A stretch of DNA of 20,000 nt from Promethearchaeota archaeon (lineage in GTDB: Archaea; Asgardarchaeota; Lokiarchaeia; Sigyniarchaeales; Promethearchaeaceae), in NCBI GenBank assembly GCA_016933055.1, contig JAFGBS010000019.1, positions 154,927-174,926 on the forward strand, read 5' to 3'. Position 1 is the first letter of the stretch. Each line of letters starts with the position of its first letter. Under the pieces are notes generated by a model that saw nothing but the letters and a program-made list of their open reading frames with translations, did no database searches and was not told the DNA's origin. The position numbers and the translations under genes are program-made. Below, one piece after another: positions 1-6,606 of this stretch.

Positions 1-37
1 ATTAATTTTAAATTTCATATCACCCATCATCACTCAT

Positions 38-160
38 ATGCCCAATAACCCCCCCAAAAAACGTAAACTCCATCTTTTTGATTATCTTATTATTTTTTTG
101 CTGGTTTTAGGAGTAAGTGCGTTAATTATATGGGGTATTATACGTGTACTTCAAAAATAA
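38..160 (+). CDS. Possible 40-aa single-pass membrane microprotein, or the C-terminus of an ORF entering from the left edge
   Basis: ATG at 38 and TAA at 158-160 give MPNNPPKKRKLHLFDYLIIFLLVLGVSALIIWGIIRVLQK: a basic N-terminus followed by one strong hydrophobic helix. The frame is also open upstream to the window edge. Confidence 0.35.
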   Translation: MPNNPPKKRKLHLFDYLIIFLLVLGVSALIIWGIIRVLQK

Positions 161-175
161 GGAAAAAAATCGAGT

Positions 176-1099
176 TCAGATTTGAGAATCAAGCCATTGG
201 ATAATATCGAGTGTAATTTCATCCCGATTTATTTCATGGAGTAATTCATGGCGTTTTCCCTCATAAAATTTCGCTTCAATTTTCTTATTCAACTTTTCAT
301 ATTTTTTGATCATTATCTTAACCATTTTTGTGAAATCATTTGTAGGATCCTTGGATCCGCAAAGAACATATATTGGTAGCTCGTTAGGGATTAATTGACG
401 ATTAGATTTTTTATGTGTTCTCTTAAATCCTCGTGTAATTTCCGTAGAAAACACTGTTGAAGGTGTCCATCCGCACAAATTATCGTCCGCATATTTTCTT
501 ACTTCTTTAGCATCGGTTGATAACCAATCATAATCGGTTTCTACAGGCTTGAATGGTTTATTGAATTTCTCCCAAGCAATTTTTTTGAATGTTTTACTAG
601 GTGCTTTAGGCCCTAGTTTCTTAATTTCACGTTTTCCAAGTATTTCTCCAAATAATAAAATATATATGGGTTGCTGAGCTTGAGGTCCACTGAGTATAAC
701 TCCTTGTAAATCATTTCCCCAGCGCATACTATAATCTTGAGCTATTTCCGAACCTAAGCTATGTCCAAGGAGAAACAAGGGTAATTTACTATACGTTTTT
801 TTAATATCATCAACCAACAGATGTAGATCGTCTAATATTAAGTTCCAACCGTTATTCTCAATTACTCCCAATTCTGAAGCACCCTCGGCTGTTTTTCCGT
901 GTCCTCGAATGTCTGGGGCATAAATTATATAATTAGATTGAGTAGCGGATTCTGCAAAATCTTCATAACGCCCTGCATGCTCTGCAAGACCATGAATGAT
1001 TAATAGAATTGCTTTTGGGTCTTTACCGCTAGGTTCCCATTTGTAAACAAATATATTCTTATCATCATGGGTCTTAAACCTAAATGTTGATGATTCCAT
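176..1099 (-). CDS. Alpha/beta hydrolase (monoacylglycerol lipase / serine aminopeptidase S33-like)
   Basis: LLIIHGLAEHAGRYEDFAE, nucleophile elbow GHSLG, YAPDIRGHG, GSKDP acid region and RHELLHE histidine region. An AAGGAG motif lies upstream of the ATG. Confidence 0.9.
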   Translation of the reverse strand: MESSTFRFKTHDDKNIFVYKWEPSGKDPKAILLIIHGLAEHAGRYEDFAESATQSNYIIYAPDIRGHGKTAEGASELGVIENNGWNLILDDLHLLVDDIKKTYSKLPLFLLGHSLGSEIAQDYSMRWGNDLQGVILSGPQAQQPIYILLFGEILGKREIKKLGPKAPSKTFKKIAWEKFNKPFKPVETDYDWLSTDAKEVRKYADDNLCGWTPSTVFSTEITRGFKRTHKKSNRQLIPNELPIYVLCGSKDPTNDFTKMVKIMIKKYEKLNKKIEAKFYEGKRHELLHEINRDEITLDIIQWLDSQI

Positions 1100-1241
1100 A
1101 CTGCATACTTCTCCTTAGTCCGTAATAAAAATTATGTCATTCAATTATACAAAATAAATTCGGATCCTACGCGGGTAAACCTTTATAGGAATTGAGTATT
1201 TTCTCTGCTTATACATTTTTAATAAAAAGACTTTGATTACA

Positions 1242-1769
1242 ATGAGTATAATTGATTTTCTCAAAAGGCTGTGGTATTTTTTAAAAAGATCATGGTTTTT
1301 TCTAACGATTATCATGGTATTGCTATTATTTTTTCTGGGAGAGAGACCCTCCAAAATTGCCGCAATTGTTATTTTATCCTTGACTATTGTGGGATTAATT
1401 CTTCAGATTGTGCTTTCATTGTTGCAATTGAGAAATTTTAAAACTTATTTAGAAAGTTATAATCGTATAGATGACGTATCTATCGCTCGTGGATTACATA
1501 ATGAGTTGGTTACCGTCCGAAGACAATTATATGAGATGATGAAAGAAGAAAAATGTCCGGGAATGATTATTTTGCTGAAAAATACCTATATTTACTATAA
1601 TTCGAAAATGGTCGATTCCCTAAGAACTATTTATGAGCAGGACAAGGACAATTTTAATGAAACAGTACACAAGCTTCTTTCGAAACAAGGAGATTTATAT
1701 AAAAACGAGATACAGGAAATACGTAAACAATTAGAAGGGAAATCTTCTAAAACTAGAGAGAAAGATTAA
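1242..1769 (+). CDS. Small membrane protein with two N-terminal TM segments and a helical cytoplasmic tail, function unknown
   Basis: The track ORF starts at a TTG (1233), but ATG at 1242 gives MSIIDFLKRLWYFLKRSWFFLTIIMVLLLFFLG...IVILSLTIVGLILQIVLSLLQL followed by a charged helical region. Confidence 0.6.
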   Translation: MSIIDFLKRLWYFLKRSWFFLTIIMVLLLFFLGERPSKIAAIVILSLTIVGLILQIVLSLLQLRNFKTYLESYNRIDDVSIARGLHNELVTVRRQLYEMMKEEKCPGMIILLKNTYIYYNSKMVDSLRTIYEQDKDNFNETVHKLLSKQGDLYKNEIQEIRKQLEGKSSKTREKD

Positions 1770-2584
1770 CTTCCAAGTAACTCTGGGATTTTTAAACGTA
1801 AATTATCTTGTGCTCCTATTACTTTTGTATTTTTCCCAATGGACTCTTGAATATGCGTCATCTGTTGGGAAATAATATTGCCATCTGACCATGGAGGATC
1901 AAAAAGGGCTCCATAATGGGTAATAATGCAAGTTTTTGGTTGGGCGATTTCTAAAGCAGGAATGAATTCTTCCACGCATGCATGACGTGGGCAAGTTTTG
2001 TTTGAAGGACGCAAGACATTAGCGATAAGAATATCTATATCTTTATATATCTCCCCAAACCCATCATAGATTTCCGTGTCTGATGTAAATCCAATTTGAT
2101 AAGTCTTGGAAGGATCTTTTGCATCTATTTGTTGAAAAATCAACCCAAAACCTTGCGTATTACCATGAACAATTTTTGTACCTAAGATAGAAGTGTGATT
2201 TGTCAGTTTAACAGTTTTTCCAGCCTGCATTGGGATAATGTCGACTAACAGATCCCGATAATAGGAATGCAAAGTATGTATATATTCCTCTGTAGAGATT
2301 AAGATTCCAGCGGGTTTTGTTAAAGTTTCATGAACGGATTCGATTATGATCGGGATATCATTGATATGATCGGTATGATTATGAGTTGCAATAATCCATT
2401 CAGTTTTCAAGCGATCGATTTTCATCCGGTTCAAATATACAATAGCGCCGGGTCCTGGATCTATATGCGTCTGCTTCCCATTGAATTTGTACATAATACC
2501 TCCAGTTTGTCGGTGTTGGGTTGCACATAAAACCCGCCCACCTCCAGTTCCTAAAAAAATTAATTCATGATCCTCGAAACCCAT
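1766..2584 (-). CDS. Metallo-beta-lactamase-fold hydrolase (RNase Z/phosphodiesterase-like)
   Basis: LIFLGTGGGR, ATHNHTDHINDI (HxHxDH) and CIITHYGA. The start is better placed at the ATG at 2584 (MGFEDHELIFLG) than at 2617, which removes the overlap with the upstream gene. Confidence 0.85.
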   Translation of the reverse strand: MGFEDHELIFLGTGGGRVLCATQHRQTGGIMYKFNGKQTHIDPGPGAIVYLNRMKIDRLKTEWIIATHNHTDHINDIPIIIESVHETLTKPAGILISTEEYIHTLHSYYRDLLVDIIPMQAGKTVKLTNHTSILGTKIVHGNTQGFGLIFQQIDAKDPSKTYQIGFTSDTEIYDGFGEIYKDIDILIANVLRPSNKTCPRHACVEEFIPALEIAQPKTCIITHYGALFDPPWSDGNIISQQMTHIQESIGKNTKVIGAQDNLRLKIPELLGS

Positions 2585-2597
2585 TTGCTTAACCCCG

Positions 2598-3212
2598 TTA
2601 TTTCTCAAAATATGCACAGATACGACATTTATTCTTGATAAGAGTAGCTTTTTCTGTGAATTCTCCGCAATCGGGACATACTACTAAATTTTTATTCATA
2701 ATATGGCATAAATCGGTCATTTTACCGGAAAAGGGAAGAATTTTGAAAATTTCCTCATCCGGAGCACTATTTATTTCATTAACCAATTGATCTAAGGGGG
2801 TTTTTTCTTGTTCTTGTTGATACAGCCAATTATAGAAAAATGGATACGATTTTACTTTGTGTGGTTCTATCACAACGCGAAACAACTCACCGCTTTCTGT
2901 ATGTTTATCGTAATTTTTGTGAATTTGGATAGAAAGTTTCCCTACATCATAGGTTTTTGGATAAATACGCCATTTGTTTTTCTGATTGAGGTATGAGCTG
3001 ATGGAAAATGCAGCGTCTTGCAGACACCGAACACTCTCGGATACTATTATAACCTTGTCTTGGGGAGTAATTATAATTTGATCAAGAGCATATAATATGA
3101 GTTTAAATCCCGTTGCTAAGCCGGGACTCATGTGCCCATGAATATCTATCGCTGTTTTAATAATCTCATCCGGTATCTTTTTTCGTATTTCTGAGACGGA
3201 TATCATCATCAC
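2598..3212 (-). CDS. FmdE/FwdE-like protein (formylmethanofuran dehydrogenase subunit E family) with C-terminal zinc ribbon
   Basis: IHGHMSPGLATGFKL matches the FmdE HGHxxPG signature. The C-terminal CPDCG...CRIC is ribbon-like. The GTG start overlaps the stop of the upstream fwdB-like gene (GTGA). Confidence 0.75.
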   Translation of the reverse strand: MMMISVSEIRKKIPDEIIKTAIDIHGHMSPGLATGFKLILYALDQIIITPQDKVIIVSESVRCLQDAAFSISSYLNQKNKWRIYPKTYDVGKLSIQIHKNYDKHTESGELFRVVIEPHKVKSYPFFYNWLYQQEQEKTPLDQLVNEINSAPDEEIFKILPFSGKMTDLCHIMNKNLVVCPDCGEFTEKATLIKNKCRICAYFEK

Positions 3213-4528
3213 TTTACTCTATCTTCAATGATTTTGGCTAATTTGTCCAACCAATATGCATTAGAGGGCATACATCCCTTGGGAGGGTCTATTACTTTCT
3301 TCATATGAATCGGTACCGCGTCCATACGATATGAACTTGCTTCAGCTTCAATCCCATCATGTGTTCCCGGTAAAATTAAATTCGCTAGCTCGGTGGTGGG
3401 TGTAGGATGTATATCACAAGCAATTAATGGGATTTTAGCCATGTGTTCTACGCATTTTTGTGGTAAATGTGCCCCGGGATCAGCAGCAATGGAAAACATC
3501 GCATCAATTTGCCCTTTTTGTAGCATTTCTACAGTACTATATTCGCCTACATTATATCGTGGATATCCTCGGGAAAAATCTACCGCATAGGGATATCCGG
3601 TTACCCAACTTAACACCATATTCAATCCCGTAACATTATAATGACCTCGTAATGGCATAATTGACCACTTACTCACTTTATTAAGTAACTGGACCATCTG
3701 TATCGCAGCTGCAACATTTTGGGACTTACCCAACGAATGGGTTAATCCTAAACCGAAGAATACGACTCCAAATTTTGCGTTTTTCATGATTTTGGTTAAT
3801 TCTTCCAGATCTTCTTTCTTAATCCCACCAATAACATCCTGCTCTAATTTAGTTCCATTAATAAGTGCTCGTAGTGCTTGAAATACTTCATAATCTTCGC
3901 CTAAATTCATTTTATAATACTTATCTGCCACTTTCGCACTATCAGAAAATCGTGGATCTATTACTATGATTGTACGATCCACTCTGCCATCTTCCCGGAA
4001 AAAACCTCGAGTGAAGGCTGTATATCGACTCATATGTCGTGGGTGCGCATTTAAGGGATTGCATCCCCAATATATCACCACATCCGCCCTATTTTTTATA
4101 TCTCCCAATGTACAACTGGGATACCCTACCATTTGGATGGCTTGAACTGATGGTCCGTGACAGTGAGTAACCTGTCCATCTATAATCCCATTTGTCATCT
4201 CCGCGAGTTTTATTCCTTCTCGAATTGCATCCACACTCGTTTCACTCCAACCAAACCAAAGGGGACGAATTTTACCAACCATAATATCTGCTGCCTTTTC
4301 AAGAGCTTCTTCCCAAGAGATCTCCTTAAAATCCTCGGTTTTTGACTCTCGCCAAAGAGGGGATGTAAAACGTTTCGCACCGGGAACGGGAATAAAATTC
4401 GCAGTACCTACAGAGCATGCATTATACACGCTGATTATCTTGTTATTTTCCACTTCAACTTCTATATCATCACAATTTGAACCACAAAATGGGCAAACAA
4501 CGTCTTTTATAAGTTCTCTCTTCCCCAT
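3209..4528 (-). CDS. fwdB: Formylmethanofuran dehydrogenase subunit B (molybdopterin oxidoreductase family)
   Basis: N-terminal 4Fe-4S motif CPFCGSNC...NACSVG; QVTHCHGPSVQAI; DVVIYWGCNPLNAHPRHMSRY; VIDPRFSDSAKVAD. A GGTGA motif lies 7 nt upstream of the ATG. Confidence 0.88.
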   Translation of the reverse strand: MGKRELIKDVVCPFCGSNCDDIEVEVENNKIISVYNACSVGTANFIPVPGAKRFTSPLWRESKTEDFKEISWEEALEKAADIMVGKIRPLWFGWSETSVDAIREGIKLAEMTNGIIDGQVTHCHGPSVQAIQMVGYPSCTLGDIKNRADVVIYWGCNPLNAHPRHMSRYTAFTRGFFREDGRVDRTIIVIDPRFSDSAKVADKYYKMNLGEDYEVFQALRALINGTKLEQDVIGGIKKEDLEELTKIMKNAKFGVVFFGLGLTHSLGKSQNVAAAIQMVQLLNKVSKWSIMPLRGHYNVTGLNMVLSWVTGYPYAVDFSRGYPRYNVGEYSTVEMLQKGQIDAMFSIAADPGAHLPQKCVEHMAKIPLIACDIHPTPTTELANLILPGTHDGIEAEASSYRMDAVPIHMKKVIDPPKGCMPSNAYWLDKLAKIIEDRVK

Positions 4529-4530
4529 AT

Positions 4531-4950
4531 TTATTTCACCTTATTCAGATAATAGTGTTTCATTAATTCGGGCATGTTCATTGGTTTTGCATTCGTGGTC
4601 ACGGATTCAACCCACACTTCAGTATTTTTATACATGGGAGCTCCGGAACTATAAGTCTCGGGTCTGATGAGCGTATTCGCCCAAGGCCCTCTCGGCATAA
4701 ATGCTAGTCCGGGATGAGGAGCATCTGGAGAGATTTGCGCATACACAATTACCTCATTAAGTTCATTGGATACTTTCACAACAGACATCGGATACAAGTC
4801 CAGTTTCTTCAAATCAGAAGGGTCTAAGAAAATTAATCCCGCATTACGAGTATAAATTGGTAAACCTTTTCCTCCACCTTTTATAATAACACCTTGGTCT
4901 ATTGTAGCTCCACTGGTTAAATTAAGTTTAATTTTTGACACTGAGATCAC
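4531..4950 (-). CDS. fwdD: Formylmethanofuran dehydrogenase subunit D (molybdopterin dinucleotide-binding domain)
   Basis: Small beta-rich protein ending in AFMPRGPWANTLIRPETYSSGAPMYKNTEVWVE, typical of MoPterin dinucleotide-binding subunit D. It sits directly upstream of fwdB. The start is GTG. Confidence 0.82.
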   Translation of the reverse strand: MISVSKIKLNLTSGATIDQGVIIKGGGKGLPIYTRNAGLIFLDPSDLKKLDLYPMSVVKVSNELNEVIVYAQISPDAPHPGLAFMPRGPWANTLIRPETYSSGAPMYKNTEVWVESVTTNAKPMNMPELMKHYYLNKVK

Positions 4951-4983
4951 TTGAGTTTATAATTCTAGTTCAAGTGGGCGTCA

Positions 4984-4992
4984 ATTTAAAAC
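4984..4992 (-). promoter_or_regulatory. Candidate archaeal TATA box for the fwdDBE-like operon
   Basis: The minus strand reads GTTTTAAAT about 35-40 nt upstream of the fwdD GTG start, in a short AT-rich intergenic region. Confidence 0.35.
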
Positions 4993-5055
4993 TCTATTTC
5001 TAGATTTTTTGGAAACTTAGAAAACTGGTATTTCATTTAAAACAAAAAAATACAA

Positions 5056-5078
5056 TAGTGAATTCATCTAGTTCACTA
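5056..5078 (-). terminator. Possible stem-loop plus U-tract at the end of the phosphodiesterase gene
   Basis: Inverted repeat TAGTGAA/TTCACTA with a 9-nt loop spans the stop codon. On the minus strand it is followed shortly by a run of seven T. Confidence 0.35.
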
Positions 5079-6606
5079 AACTTTTTCCTTTTACACTCGG
5101 ATGAGGTTCTTTTCCAAGTAGTTTTACTAACGTGGGTACGATATCCGTAGTTTTACAGTATTCTAGTTTCCTAGGAGTCAATAGTGTTTCACTGCCACCG
5201 ATTACTAAAGGAACGTGCATAGATTCACGTAGACCAATATCATGAGAATACACATGATCATTTTTTGTCTCCCCATGCTCGTAATTATAACACACTGTCC
5301 CTACCGTTGATACCATAATATCACATGAACGTGGGTTAATGAAATACCTCATTAATTGATCGGGAATCATGGGAAAATCTACCGAATATGTATACTTTAA
5401 CCATTCTTCTATCGTATGAAAATTTCCATCTAGCAGTTTCGACGCGTTGGAATCCTCAGAATATCGATATACATCCATATCTTCAAAACTGTATCTCGTT
5501 GTATCCCCATTATAATCAATTTGTGCATTGTGGATATTTCCATTCTCATCTTTCATACGGATATGAATAGTGCCATTCTCGGGGGTATTTTTGTTTCCCC
5601 GATAGTAGACATATTTTACTCCCTCAATCTCAAACATCATCTCAATTAAATTGATCTCCTCTTGGCTATTAGTAGGTTTAAAATGCTTCAATTCATCCAA
5701 TGTTGGATGTAGTTTCCAATTTTTATTTGTTCCTGGAAAATTGAAGAATCCTACTGATCCAAAAGAACAATCAAAGTCCCCCTTTCCCGTTTTTTTGCTG
5801 AAAGGAACCAGCCCTTTACTTTTTATAAACGGTTCTAAATCCTTGGCTTTTTCTGCTTTATAATTACCATGATCACTAGTAAAAACGATAATTGTATCAT
5901 CATAAATTCCTAATTTTTGTAATGCATCAATAACTTTTCCCACTTCTACATCTAAATCTAATACTGATTGTAAATATCGTTCGGAATCGAACCCATACTC
6001 ATGCATAAGGGAATCGGTGAGAAAATAAAGGGCAGTGACGGCTTTGGGTAATTTTGAATTTCCAAAAAATCGTTTAGGGTTTTTGAACACATCGATCAGA
6101 CGCTTTGTTACAATTTTATGAGAGTTTTCTGGTTTTTTCGATAACACGATAGCAAATAAGAAAAAAATTGCTGCGATGAACTTATTGGGAGGAAATACTT
6201 TTGTAACTCCTCTAGAGCAATATTGAACAATTGAATAGGAATTTCCCTCTCCAATTTGTTCAAACAGAGTTTTTACTTTATCTTCGATCTCATGAGTTTG
6301 TCGTAATGCATGTAATGCACTATAATGCCGGTATTGTGGGGGATTTGCTTCCCGATCAAACCAATGATATACAGGAATACCACTTCCCGATTTTGGATAA
6401 TATCCACTATAAGCTCCAGTCATTAAATTTGGTTGGGTGGGTAATGTAATTGAAGGATAAGATGTTACGCATTTATCGCAAATGATACCTTTATCTCCCA
6501 ATAGTTTCAAATTAGGAAGTTTTCCCTCATTATAAAGTCTCGAGAATAATCTTCCACTCACATCATCTGCAACCAGTAAAATCACATGTTTTGCAACTTT
6601 GTCCAT
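5068..6606 (-). CDS. Type I phosphodiesterase / nucleotide pyrophosphatase (alkaline phosphatase superfamily)
   Basis: HVILLVADDVSGRLF..GKLPNLKLLGDKGI; VTSYPSITLPTQPNLMTGAYSGYYP; DDTIIVFTSDHGNY; YSHDIGLRESMHVPLVIGG. Confidence 0.85.
   Translation of the reverse strand: MDKVAKHVILLVADDVSGRLFSRLYNEGKLPNLKLLGDKGIICDKCVTSYPSITLPTQPNLMTGAYSGYYPKSGSGIPVYHWFDREANPPQYRHYSALHALRQTHEIEDKVKTLFEQIGEGNSYSIVQYCSRGVTKVFPPNKFIAAIFFLFAIVLSKKPENSHKIVTKRLIDVFKNPKRFFGNSKLPKAVTALYFLTDSLMHEYGFDSERYLQSVLDLDVEVGKVIDALQKLGIYDDTIIVFTSDHGNYKAEKAKDLEPFIKSKGLVPFSKKTGKGDFDCSFGSVGFFNFPGTNKNWKLHPTLDELKHFKPTNSQEEINLIEMMFEIEGVKYVYYRGNKNTPENGTIHIRMKDENGNIHNAQIDYNGDTTRYSFEDMDVYRYSEDSNASKLLDGNFHTIEEWLKYTYSVDFPMIPDQLMRYFINPRSCDIMVSTVGTVCYNYEHGETKNDHVYSHDIGLRESMHVPLVIGGSETLLTPRKLEYCKTTDIVPTLVKLLGKEPHPSVKGKSLVN

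Noticed and set aside
1145-1354. 69-aa minus-strand ORF
   Set aside because: It overlaps the start of the plus-strand membrane protein gene and has low-complexity, AT-driven composition.
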